From: Octopus sinensis
Lineage: Eukaryota
DNA: 64,000 nucleotides
Direction of reading: 5' to 3'
Assembly: GCF_006345805.1 (NCBI RefSeq)
Contig: NC_043014.1
Span: forward strand, 35,526,001-35,590,000
In this document: positions 24,798-37,749 of the stretch, piece after piece
Layout: the number at the start of each line of letters is the position of its first letter
Numbering within the stretch: the first letter of the stretch is position 1
Translations under genes and position numbers: made by a program
The notes under the pieces: model-generated
What the model saw: the letters and a program-made list of their open reading frames with translations, nothing else
Databases searched by the model: none
What the model was told of the DNA's origin: nothing

Positions 24798-25338
24798 TTT
24801 CGTTTGCCATCGTAGCCCAATTTGCATCTTAAATCACAGGTTCATCAAAGATACCTTTATTGTCTTTTGCTCTGGGCAAACCCAAAACGACCACGGCCAG
24901 TCTTTTGTATTTGTGTTTTTCCCTTTTGAATCATGTAAAAAACTTGAGTCCCAGTTCATAACAGAAATTGGTGGAGTATCAAAACTATCATTGATAACTT
25001 AGCATTTTTCTTCACTATATTTTTATATAACTCTCTTTAGCAGAGCCTTTTTTTTTAATGATTCAGGTTTTCAAGACTTGCTCCCAAACATATTTCATAG
25101 GACACCACAAAATATGTTCTCTCCCCTAATGGAATATTCAGGCAGTCACATATCGATTCTTTTAAACATCACCACAACCATAAGAGATGGAAAAAGGAAG
25201 CGAAAATATATATCACTAAAATCGAATCGTCAGAAACTCTATTATTTTTTCATACGTATGTGTGGTTGTTTGTGTGTGCGTGTTTATCTGTGGCAGTGCA
25301 TTTGTTTGTTTGTGCGTTTGCGTGCATGCGAGTCTTTC

Positions 25339-25377
<39 letters not shown>

Positions 25378-26037
25378 TTGTGTGTGTGTGTGCGTGCGTG
25401 CGCGTGTTGTGTTGTTTTTGAGGGCAAGTATCGACTGCTTAGTCAAACAGTTATCGTCAGAGTAATTTTCACCCGACGCCATATTAATATTATATTAGCG
25501 ATTATCAGTTGCCAAACTAACACCAATATGCAAATTAGCATCAACGTATTTTCTCTGGCTATAAAATGTTTCATCTTTGTATCATGGCTGTGAGATAAAA
25601 TGAACGCTGACGGAAACATGGAAAAGTAGGCAGTTAGTATGATTGATTTGGAAAGCTTCTTTGAGGCTGTTTCAACTCGATACATTGAAATATTCGGTCG
25701 ATCTATTTCCAAGAGTTTCCTTCAGAGCTCATATCTTTCTCTCAATCTCCCTCTTCCCTCTACAATTCTCTGTCTGTCTCTCTCTCTCCCTCTCTTTTTC
25801 ACTCGATTGCTCTTCCTTCATCTCATTAACTCTCACATAATTTATTATCGATATGGGGATCCACACGTACACCAGCACACATGTATAAATGGGCATATGG
25901 TGTGTATAAACATGTATGACTCCATTTTTCTCTCCCCTGTGTGTGCGCGCGCACACATTATTAGGTGTATGTGTAAGGAGTTACTGACGGTCAAGGACGA
26001 CTTGGTTCCACGCTTTCCCTATTTGTTCTAGATGTTT

Positions 26038-26246
26038 CTCTTTACTCTTTTACTTGTTTCAGTCATTTGACTGTGGCCATGCTGGAGCACTGCCTGTAGT
26101 CGAGTAAATAGACCCCAGGACTTATTCTTTGGAAGCCTAGCACTTATTCTATCCGTCTCTTTTGCCGAACCGCTAAGTTACGGGGACGTAAACACACCAG
26201 CATCGGTTGTCAAGCGATGTTGGGAGGACAAACGCAGACACACAAG

Positions 26247-26291
<45 letters not shown>

Positions 26292-26405
26292 GACGGGCTT
26301 CTTTCAGTTTCCGTCTTCCAAATCCACTCACAAGGCTTTGGTCGGTCGAGGCTATAGAAGAAGACACTTTCCCAAGGTGCCACGCAGTGGGACTGAACCC
26401 GGGGT
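26038..26405 (-). mobile_element. SINE family A, 5' truncated at the B box
   Basis: All modules up to gggactgaacccgg. Confidence 0.9.
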
Positions 26406-26554
26406 CTATGTAGTTTTGCATAGAAGAATTCATCGTCTTAGTCCATTTTCTCCACCTCTTCTCACAATGATCCAACGGAACATCCAGGGTATGATAGCTG
26501 GGGAGGATATTGTTGTACCAACAAACGGGTGTTTCCTTCCGAAAGAAAAACACA

Positions 26555-26625
<71 letters not shown>

Positions 26626-26655
26626 ACACTGTACAACAGTTTTTTATATATTCAG

Positions 26656-26884
26656 CGGCGAGCTGGCAGAAACGTTAGCGCGCCGGGTGAAATGCTTAGC
26701 GGTATTTCGTCTGTCGTTACGTTGTGAGTTCAAATTCCGCCGAGGTCGACTTTGCCTTTCATCCTTTCGGGGTCGATAAATTAAGTACCAGTTACGCACT
26801 GGGGTCGATGTAATCGACTTAATACCTATGTCTGTCCTTGTTTGTCCCCTCTATGTTTATCCCCTTGTGGGTAGTAAAGAAATA
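26656..26884 (+). mobile_element. SINE family B with 11-bp TSD
   Basis: tatatattcag at 26645-55 and 26885-95. Confidence 0.92.
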
Positions 26885-26901
26885 TATATATTCAGTGTTG
26901 G

Positions 26902-28021
26902 ATCTTATCGGTTTGGCTACCAGCATTTCAAAAATTAAAATTTATCGAAAATTATAAAATTTGGCAAAATAATACACTTGCCCAAACTGAATTGCTGAAG
27001 CTATTTCATTTTTTCCAGAAAAATATTTTGAAAATGCTATAGAAGTTTAAAGTTTCATCATTTTCACCCAGTCAGGAAACAGGATTTGGAAGCTGTCATT
27101 TTGTGCGTGACTGCACATTTTGTCGTCAATGTCCTGAAAATAGCATTTGCTGTGAATATTTATAAACAACACGTGTTATGTCTCCGGTAATTATTTTTCG
27201 TATAAATAAACGTTTCTGTTAATTAAAAAGATTTATCCCAAAAATCTTATTTAGCTGTTATTTTTAGCCGACAACACAACCACCTCAATGCTCAATGATA
27301 AAAAGAAACGAGTAAAGAAACATTTAAGCATTCAATATGCATTTAATGCAGATGCGATAAACAACACGTTACATGCGATGAGCACGTTACAATTTTTAAA
27401 AGAAAGATTTGGAAGGATTAGATGAAAGTTCTCTGGGAATTTTCTTTCATGTAAATAAATGTTTGTCAATTTTAAAATTTACCAGCAAAATCTTATAAAA
27501 TAACAATGTTCCAAAAGATGTACATGTTTATATGAGATATATGAAAATAAGAGTGAACAAAATATGTTTTAAGAACAAAAATTTAACTTTCGGTTTTAAT
27601 TTTAAAATATCCCCCTTCGTTTTCAATGTTTTCATAATAGAAGCGAAATTACTGGAATTTGCTGCCATAATCACACAGAACAGAGGACACAGCATCAAAT
27701 TTGTCAACACGTGCTTCTTTGCAGATAAAAGACACTTCAAACAGCTGGGGCTCGCTTGTTACTATAGCAAAAGGCACGTTGGTGACAAATGAGTTCTCAT
27801 GTTCCGCTTCTTACTATCGAAACAGGCATGAATGTGTCTGTAGCTTTACGATTGGCTAAAATTAACAAAATTTTCAAATTTTAATTGTTAATAACTCTTT
27901 ATTTATTGATTTATAGCGAAAATTACTTTCACGTTATCTGTTAGCCTATAAAGGTGTTTCATTATACTGAATATGAAATCAGTTCGAACAGAATTGGTAC
28001 TGCCAGCCAAACCGATAAGAT
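26902..28021. mobile_element. ~1.1-kb non-autonomous TIR element, family unassigned
   Basis: atcttatcggtttggctaccagca (26902) is the reverse complement of tactgccagccaaaccgataagat (27998-28021) apart from 3 mismatches; AT-rich non-coding interior. Confidence 0.7.
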
Positions 28022-28175
28022 TCTATATATTGTAAGAGAAGTTAAACTGCTGTCATACCTGGCAATGAGTACCTACCACGGAGGAGATCTTATACAGATT
28101 GAAATCTTATTTAGCTGTTATTTTTAGCCCACAACACAACCACCTCAATATATATATACACATATATATGTCTGT

Positions 28176-28232
<57 letters not shown>

Positions 28233-28235
<3 letters not shown>

Positions 28236-28969
28236 ATAGTGAAACTATTAAAAGTGAAACAATATAAAAGTGAAACAATATAAAAGTGAAACTATTTATA
28301 ATTTACTCCATCGAAGGTTTCACTTTTCTTCTTCGAGTTTGGAGACATAATATTGAACCAGTATCCATGCTGCATTGTTTAATCCCCCAAAATTATATGT
28401 TGACACTCACGGGTTCTCATCGTATTACCACGAAATATTTGATTTGAATCGGTTGAGCCGTTTGAGAATGCTTTGGGAACAGACAGAAAGACAAAGGATT
28501 GCTTTGATTACGTTGCCATGACGTAGAGGTTCGGCAAAAGAAACCTATGAAATTTTAGATATAAGTACTGTCCCGACATGGACGCTATCCAGTGACTGAA
28601 ACAAGTTATAGACAAAGCTAAATACATACATACTTCCCTACATATGCGTGTGTGTGTGTGTATGTGTGTGTGTGTGTGTGCGCGCGCGTATGCTTGTATA
28701 TATTCATAAAAAATTATCTTTCTCTATACACGCATAAAATAATGCGTAAATGCCATTGTATGTTTGTGTGTGTATATATATACACACACACACACGCAAA
28801 TATATATACGCTTGTGAGCGTAAATTTACAATACTCAATACATTAGATCCTTTTCATCATTCTTGCCTATATCACTTATACTCATTAATTAAGTTATTGA
28901 TCTAACTTAATCCTTTTCCTTTGTTTTTATTATATTTTCCCATAAAACCATATCATCCCGCAGCCAATC

Positions 28970-29001
<32 letters not shown>

Positions 29002-29048
29002 CTATCTATCTATCTATCTATCTCTATCTATCTATCTATCTATCTATC

Positions 29049-29087
<39 letters not shown>

Positions 29088-29155
29088 ATCTATCTATCTA
29101 TCTCTATCTATCTATCTATCTATCTATATATATATATATAATATATATATATATA

Positions 29156-29203
<48 letters not shown>

Positions 29204-29952
29204 ATAGTGAAACTATTAAAAGTGAAACAATATAAAAGTGAAACAATATAAAAGTGAAACAATATAAAAGTGAAACTATTTATAATTTACTCCATCGAAG
29301 GTTTCACTTTTCTTCTTCGAGTTTGGAGACATAATATTGAACCAGTACCCATGCTGCATTGTTTAATCCCCCAAAATTATATGTTGACACTCACGGGTTC
29401 TCATCGTATTACCACGAAATATTTGATTTGAATCGGTTGAGCCGTTTGAGAATGCTTTGGGAACAGACAGAGAGACAAAGGATTGCTTTGATTACGTTGC
29501 CATGACGTAGAGGTTCGGCAAAAGAAACCTATGAAATTTTAGATATAAGTACTGTCCCGACATGGACGCTATCCAGTGACTGAAACAAGTTATAGACAAA
29601 GCTAAATACATACATACTTCCCTACATATGCGTGTGTGTGTGTGTATGTGTGTGTGTGTGTGAGCGCGCGCGTATGCTTGTATATATTCATAAAAAATTA
29701 TCTTTCTCTATACACGCATAAAATAATGCGTAAATGCCATTGTATGTTTGTGTGTGTATATATATACACACACACACGCAAATATATATACGCTTGTGAG
29801 CGTAAATTTACAATACTCAATACATTAGATCCTTTTCATCATTCTTGCCTATATCACTTATACTCATTAATTAAGTTATTGATCTAACTTAATCCTTTTC
29901 CTTTGTTTTTATTATATTTTCCCATAAAACCATATCATCCCGCAGCCAATCA
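28233..29952 (+). repeat. Tandem duplication, period ~970-980 bp
   Basis: 28233-28970 and 29201-29952 are near-identical; both boundaries lie in microsatellites. Confidence 0.97.
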
Positions 29953-29975
29953 TCTATCTATCTATCTATCTATCA

Positions 29976-30021
<46 letters not shown>

Positions 30022-30022
30022 A

Positions 30023-30082
<60 letters not shown>

Positions 30083-31215
30083 CCTATATATCAATCCAAC
30101 TCTCTTTCTATCCATCCATCTATCATGATCGAATGTATCCATTTATAAAACAAATAGCTATCAACAGTCTAATCAATCTAGCTATAAATAAAACAGTCTG
30201 CTATTGTTTACAGCCAAGCTGCTTAAATTTCAACCTCTAACTTTACATAAGAGAATATATTGCAGAATGGTGTAGCTTTTCATATCCTGTCCCAGGTCAA
30301 GACACTTGACTACCAAAGGAGAAACCTCTATAGCCTTAAGTAAATATTATTCGTTGGTATAGTTCCCGCTCTATCTATGACTACTACCTTTATCTTGCAA
30401 CAGCTCGGTCCACCTAGCAGTAATGTAGCTAATACAATGTGATGTATTTTACTGCATTGTGTTTAAAACCAAAAGTCTTAGCTCTCAACAACCCAAGATG
30501 TTCAGATGCATGTAGAAACCGGTGTGTATTTTACTGTAAAGAACCCAGGATAGAGCCGCTTAACTCTCAGCAGTCCAGTGCACTTGACTGTATCCATTTA
30601 GTTTGTTGTGCGCTATCTCAGACACTTTCCTTTTGACAACTCAGTCTGTTAAGCTATAAAGTTGGTAAATTTTCATGCTTTCATTTTATTTTCCTGTATT
30701 AGAAACAGCTAACCAGTCAATCAAATAATCACTCACTTATTCGATCAATTTTTCTAGTTATTTAACTTGAAATCTAATTTACATCTTTACAAATCGATAT
30801 CATTCCTCTGTTTTTATAGATCATTTTTTTGGACTTATAATTTTCGAATTTACATCGTTTCTGTTAAGTTGGTTAAAGCTTATGGCCCTGTATCTGGCTT
30901 TAACCCCAAAGACGAAGCAAATTGTTAGGCAGAATTGGAGCACTACACGCTCCCGCAAGCATCAATATATGGAATATATGCCACAGCCAAGAACATTGCG
31001 GCACAGTAAATCAGATGATGAGCGAGGAGGAAACACGATAGAAGAAGTAATCGGGTAGTTTCTGCATTCACATGCTATACCCAATGACACCCGAAGCCTA
31101 CAGGAGTGTTCCTATTTTGGTGATAGAAAGGAACACAATTAGGATGTGGTGAAGGGTAGAAACTATAGTACGTGTAGTAGCAAAAGTATCTTGAAAGGTT
31201 TCTTCCCAGAGAAAC

Positions 31216-31772
31216 TATTGGGTTGTCCAGAAAGTTCGTGCCGAGTTTTAAAGGAAAGAAAAAGGTCAATAAATACTTGCCATTACATCTTTATATCAAC
31301 CAAATATGAACCATTTTGTTGCACAATGCGTCTCCATCTTTCCTTTAACTTGAAAATGCCCTATTCCCAGAACGGAGGTGGTTTCAGGGCAAAGAATTTA
31401 TCAATGTATCTTTTTACGTCATCCAAGGAATTGAAATTTTTACCATTAAGACCTGAATAAGTGGAAATCCGAAGATGCAATATCTGGTGAATATGGAGGG
31501 TGGAGTAACACATCCCAGCCGAGCTGCAGCAATTTTTGTCTGGTTCCCAAAGCATGAAGTGCTGAAAATGAACTTTCTTATCTTTTATTTTAAAGGGTTA
31601 CAGAATTAACACAGGTTATAGGAACATAAACCTTCTTCCACGAAAAGAAAGCTTAAACTGTACTCTAAATGGAGGTGTAGTCAAATCCTATTTTATGGAC
31701 TCAACCATGTTCTAAAATAAGTCGAAAGGTAAGCCACTATAAATCGGCATGAACTTTCCGGACAACCCAATA
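31216..31772 (-). mobile_element. mariner internal-deletion derivative, both TIRs and TA TSDs
   Basis: tattgggttgtccagaaagttcgtgccg / cggcatgaactttccggacaacccaata. Minus frames: LLQLGWDVLLHPPYSPDIASSDFHLFR and LNGKNFNSLDDVKRYIDKFF...KERWRRIVQQNGSY. Confidence 0.92.
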
Positions 31773-32919
31773 GAAAGCAGAGAAAGAAACAGCAAGCTAA
31801 GAGCCTGTTGTATTCAAAGTACCATGGGTCGTAGCTCCAGGAACGGCCAAAAAACTTTCACTCCATTCTTAGTACCAGGAGACGATCTCTACAAGGCTGA
31901 GGAACCGACTCCGGTAGTGTCACTTCAGTTCTTATGCACCGATAAAATTAAGACTGGTAAGTTTGAAAGTGCCAAATCTATCATGAATGTATATGTATTG
32001 TTTCTTGATTAAGTCGGCAGTCACACACAGCATGGTTAAGTGTTCCTTCTCAAGCTGGACATATTCTAAAGCATTCTGCTTCTCTGGCATTTTAGAAGTT
32101 TCTGTGTTAGGAAGGCTTTATTCTTTGGTATCAGCTTTGAGCTATACGCTTTTGAGCCAGTGTCGAAAGTTTTCTGTGTCTTCTACTTCTTGTACAGTTA
32201 TTTATTTTTTCTTCCAAGTATTAACCATGCAGGGTCTTTATATGTCGCCATCTCAGCATGGCAATTTGTAGCCCCAATTATGCCTTAGTTTTTTGTCTGT
32301 TTTTATTTTTCTACAGAAACTGACGTTAAGGACAAATGCGTACCAAGAATATTCCTTGCGATTTGAGCCAAAAGAACAAAAGAAAAAAAAACAATGTCCC
32401 CCATCCCCAATTTGATATACTATAAACATCTGTCATTACCACTTTTTCATCACCACATTACTACCCTCTATAGACCCCAAATAAACGCAAAAAGGGACCA
32501 CAGCCGAAGAAAACTAACATGATTACACAGTTAAAACTGAAGCAAGAAAATGAGGATCTCACCACCTAACTTAATTACAATCCACTCGCTTTTCAAATTA
32601 TTTCTGCTACATAGTCGACCTCCATCCCACCCTCAAAAATGCAGAAAGCAAAAATTAGAAAAATACCCATAAAATAATCAAATAAAAATAAACCCAAATA
32701 CCTCTCATCTACCCACCCAAATCAAATTACCGCATATTTCCAATATTCCTTTCGGAATGACATTTCTGCCTTGGCTTTATGTTATAGAAAATATGGCGAT
32801 ATTTGCCATTATAATTGGCTGAAAATGGTGCTAAATGACAATAACGGTTGATTTAGTTCCACCCCTCCTATCCACACACACCTATTGTACTAACCTTCTC
32901 TCATAACCTTTGTCACTTG

Positions 32920-33009
32920 TTCTTGTTTCTCTCTCTCTCTATCTCTCTCTCTTTCTCTCTCTTTCTCTCTTTTTCCCTCTCTCTCTTTCTCTATCTCTCT
33001 CTTTCTCTC

Positions 33010-33053
<44 letters not shown>

Positions 33054-33093
33054 GCTCGCTCGCTCGCTCTCTGTATGTAGTGTGTATGTATTC

Positions 33094-33156
<63 letters not shown>

Positions 33157-33187
33157 GCATGTATGTATGTCTGTCTGTCTGTCTGTC

Positions 33188-33219
<32 letters not shown>

Positions 33220-33221
33220 TC

Positions 33222-33266
<45 letters not shown>

Positions 33267-33556
33267 ATCTATCTATCTATGTCTATCTATCTATCTATCT
33301 AACTATCTTTCTTTCAGCCTCTGGGTTCCTTTTGCTCTGCCTTCCTTCTCCTCTCTCTCTCTTTCTGTCTCTACTCTGTCTGTGTCTGTCTCAGTCTCTC
33401 TCTCTCCCTCCCCCCCCCTCTCTCTCTTCTCGGTTCTTTCCCCACTGACAATACTGTTCCTTTACAGTTCTTTTTCTCTTTGTATTCGTGTAACTTTCTT
33501 TTTTTCTGCTGTTCGTCCATATATTGGCTTGTCTTTCATCTTATCTCTCTCTCTCA

Positions 33557-33600
<44 letters not shown>

Positions 33601-33603
33601 CTA

Positions 33604-33638
<35 letters not shown>

Positions 33639-33680
33639 GCCTGTCTGTCTGTCTGTCTGTCTGTCTGGCTAGCTGGCTGG
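32920..33680. repeat. Compound (TC)n/(TCTG)n/(TATC)n array
   Basis: Directly visible. Confidence 0.95.
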
Positions 33681-33689
33681 CTGTTTATC

Positions 33690-33977
33690 TATTTCTTTGT
33701 TTTAATTTTTTACTTCAGTGAAACCATCCGCGATGTTCTCTTGAAAATAATGAACCTTTACTGAGTGCAAAATACATATGGTGATGTAGCAGGTTTTGAC
33801 GGTGCATGTCTCTCCGTGTTAAAGTAGCCTTCTGTTTATCACTCTATCTCTGCTTCACACTCTGTCTCTGCTTCTCTTTTCCTAGAGGAAGGTGAGAGTA
33901 GAGAGGGAAGTTTTGTCTAGCGACTGTTTAAAAAAAAGATAGGTGAATGTAGCAAGGATGGCACGTGTGAATGACGG
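33690..33977 (+). repeat. Left arm of a 290-bp inverted repeat (partner 36168-36457)
   Basis: tatttctttgttttaatt...gcacgtgtgaatgacgg is the reverse complement of 36168-36457, with scattered substitutions. Confidence 0.92.
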
Positions 33978-34665
33978 CCTTCTTTGGAGCAGGTGAGGAC
34001 GGGGTGTTTCCACTGCGCAGATTGTCTCTTTGTCTCTGGCTCAAAGTCATGGAACCAACACATCCTTAATTAGGAAATGTTCAAGGAAACCAACTGGATC
34101 TACCTGAAACAATGGCAGGAGATGTGGCCAGCTCTGTGCGCTTTTGATCAGGCGTCAAAAGACCTCTCTTTCTCTCTCTTTCTCAATGTTATTAGCATTT
34201 GACCATTTGATTTATAGCCAATCGCTTGTCATCAATCACTGTGATAGACAGACATATATACAGATAGACAAACAGAACACGATCGATGTTTTCCTTGGTG
34301 GTGGCAGTTGCAGGATATCCAGATCTTGGATAATCTTCATGACTCCCCGCCTCCTTCTAAATTCAGCTGCCCCCTTTTGTACTTTTCATAAAACTGAAGC
34401 GTCATCCCTAATGCAAACATGTCAGCATGAATATCGTTGGGGGATAAAACCTTTTTCTGCAGGCAAATGATAACATGACGATGCCAAATTTTTTCAACTT
34501 TCAAGGAAGCCACTACTAGTTATTTTTGAAGCTTTCAAACAATCGAAGGTCAGTTTACCTGGAAAGTTATTAATAAGAAGGGTTGAAATTAATGCATGCA
34601 AAATTTCCCAGCTCAAGCATGACTCCTTCATAGTCAGGCTATGCACTTTTCAGACCACCCTCGTA
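33978..34665 (-). pseudogene. mariner 5' half (TIR, HTH, start of catalytic domain)
   Basis: TIR tacgagggtggtctgaaaagtg at 34665. Minus reads ..DIHADMFAL..AAEFRR..DYPRSGYPATATTKENIDRV and ..WFHDFEPETKRQSAQWKH. Confidence 0.8.
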
Positions 34666-34744
34666 TATAGAATGGTCAAAATGCTTGGCATTGGGAACGC
34701 TTTTATGCAATATAGTAAACGTACATGAAAAAAACATAGATGCG

Positions 34745-35028
34745 TAGGAGTGGATGTGTGGTAAGTAGCTTGCTTGCCAACCAAATCGATGTGTGTGTGT
34801 GTGTGTGTATGTTTGTGTGTCTGTGCTTGTCCCTTCAACAAAGATTGACAACCGATGCTGGTGTGTTTACGTCCCCGTAACTTAGCGGTTCGGCAAAAGT
34901 GACCGATAGAATAAGTACTATGCTTACAACGAATAAGTCCTGGGGGTCGATTTGCTCGACTAAAGGTGGTGCCTCGCAGGATGGCCAGCCACAGTCAAAT
35001 GACTGAAACAAGTAAAAGAGTAAAGAAG
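34745..35028 (+). mobile_element. SINE family A with head deletion
   Basis: gtaggagtggatgtgtggtaag...tail cagtcaaatgactgaaacaagtaaaagagt. Confidence 0.85.
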
Positions 35029-35461
35029 TACAGAAAAATAATATCCAACTGAAGACGTTTACGACGACCTGGAAGGTTTCTAGAACTACGTATTACAATT
35101 TCTGCGTATAGGTCTCCCGCTATCCGTGAAGCTTGTTTCAAGAATGATGAAGTTACACTCTCCCTATGACAGTCTTTTATTCATGTATTGCACGCACATG
35201 TTGTTACTTCGTAGCTTTTATAACTTAGTAGCGTATTTTAGCGGCAGGGTGAGAGTTGCCCTGATAGATAGAAATATATATGAGCTTCTTTCTCTCATAT
35301 TTTTTCATTATATCACATGAAAATGAATAATTAATGAAGTCATTAATAATAAAGACGCATGCATAAATAATGACACATATAAATGCAAATGCAAAACCGA
35401 AATGATGTATTTATTTCGGGTGCCATACACAATCATGATGAAATTCAAGAGACGCAAATCA

Positions 35462-35530
<69 letters not shown>

Positions 35531-35738
35531 TGTGCGTGCGTGCGTGTGTGTGTATGTGTGTGTGTGTGTATGTGCGATCCGGGTGAAGGAGGAAAAACAG
35601 TGTGCGGTAAAAGACAAAATGCAGAAGACAGACAGACAGACAAGCAGACATACATACATACATATACATACATACATACATACATACAGACAGACAGACA
35701 GACAGACAGACAGACTACAGACAGACAGACAGACAGAC

Positions 35739-35815
<77 letters not shown>

Positions 35816-36167
35816 TGCTCCTTTATTGGCCACATAGGGCTGAACACAGAGGGGACAAAATACAAAGTAAAGCTTTTCTTTTTGGGCAAGGAAAGAAAAG
35901 AGAAAAATAAATAAGGGTGGGCTAGAATTTCGATCAAAAGAGATCGTGAAAAAAAAAAAAAGAAGGCTGACCAATAAGGATCGTGTATTACAGAAATGTC
36001 ATAATGTAAAAAGGGGGAACAGATTATGTTTTTCCGTGGAAAGAAACGCCAATGGAAAAGACCACGGTAACCTCGGGAGATAATGTCATGCAAAAAACAA
36101 CATTACAGTAAGTGACTCTCTTTTTTCCTTTCTTTTTCTGGTTCATAGGATTATGCTCAAGGTGGCT

Positions 36168-36457
36168 CCGTCATTCACACGTGCCATCCTTGCTACATTC
36201 TCCCATATTTTTTGAAACATTCGCTAGACAAAACTTCTCTCTCTGCTCTCACCTTCCTCTAGGAAAAGAGAAGCAGAGACAGAGTGTGAAGCAGAAACAG
36301 AGTGATAAACAGAAGGCTACTTTAACTCGGAGAGACATGCGCCGTCAAAACCTGCTGCATCACGATGGTATGTATTTTACACTCAGTAAATGTTCATTAT
36401 TCACAAGAGAGCATCGCGGATGATTTCACTGAAGTAATAAATTAAAACAAAGAAATA
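36168..36457 (-). repeat. Right arm of the 290-bp inverted repeat
   Basis: ccgtcattcacacgtgcc...aattaaaacaaagaaata. Confidence 0.92.
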
Positions 36458-36568
36458 TTATCTGGAATCAACTTCATTTTATAATTATATTCAATCAAAA
36501 TTCTCAAAAGTTATTCAGCTTGAAATCGCGGATTCTTTTACGAGATGATTCACTTCTATATCTTGTAT

Positions 36569-36795
36569 GTCTATTTCTTTACTACCCACAAGGGGCTAAA
36601 CACAGAGAGGACAAACAAGAACAGACAAACGGATTATATTGACCCCAGTGCGTAACTGGTACTTATTTAATCGACCCCGAAAGGATGAAAGGCAAAGTTG
36701 ACCTCAGTGGAATTTGAATTCAGAACGTAGCAGCAGACGAAATACCGCTAAGCGTTTCGCTCGGCGCGCTAACGTTTCTACCAGGTCGCCGCCGT
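36569..36795 (-). mobile_element. SINE family B with 17-bp TSD
   Basis: acttctatatcttgtat at 36552-68 and 36796-812. Confidence 0.93.
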
Positions 36796-37297
36796 ACTTC
36801 TATATCTTGTATATCAAGCAACGACTTTAGCTCTCATACTGCGGGTAGATATTAACTATTTCTAGTCGTAAAGATACATAAATCATCAACACGTACATAG
36901 AGACACAACCTTCATTTTATTCAAAAGTTTACTTGTATTCACATACGCGCACACATAAATACGCCCCCTAATATATACATATATATGATGACGTTTAGAC
37001 AGAGTTTTTTATCGTCGCTCTTATCCTATCTCTAAAATCGAAACGATAAGCTTTTATCATTTGTTTTTATAATTATTTTCATTTCAATCAGCGCTGAAAT
37101 GGTGTTCATTCACCAAATGCAATTTGTTTTGTGAAAATGTTTTTGTATCTTATGCGTATGTCTGTGCATATACATATATCTTGTTTTATTTTGCCTGCGT
37201 GTTCACCATAAGATGTACACGCAGTTGATGATTATGCCTTGTCTTTGTCGCAAAATTCTGTGTGAATGTGCATGTGTATGTGAGAGAAAGACAAAGG

Positions 37298-37335
<38 letters not shown>

Positions 37336-37703
37336 GAGATAGAAAGAGACAGAGAGTATGTGTCTTCGTATGGCTCTGGTTTTTTTATGTTGATATCATA
37401 ATGAAAAAAAAAAAGTCATCCATTTTCAGGGTTTTATAGCCCAGAAATGTAAGTCATTTTAGAGATATTACTTCTGTTCCACAGCACATTACGCGGAAAA
37501 TTTTATCGTCACAACTATTTTCGCAAAAATATCGGAAAACACGAATACAGAAAATAGTAGTAATATATACGTGTCTATAAAGTGCATGTATGTATATATG
37601 TATTGATGTATACATATATGTATATGTATGCATATATGCATATATACATATACATGAACATATATATATATATATAGCTGTGTCTATAAACATACATATA
37701 TAA

Positions 37704-37749
<46 letters not shown>

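Noticed and set aside
31800-32280. Possible L1/Tx1 zinc-finger remnant (minus) or plus exon ending at actg|gtaagt
   Set aside because: Only a loose C..C...H...C pattern with many stops; neither reading is supportable.
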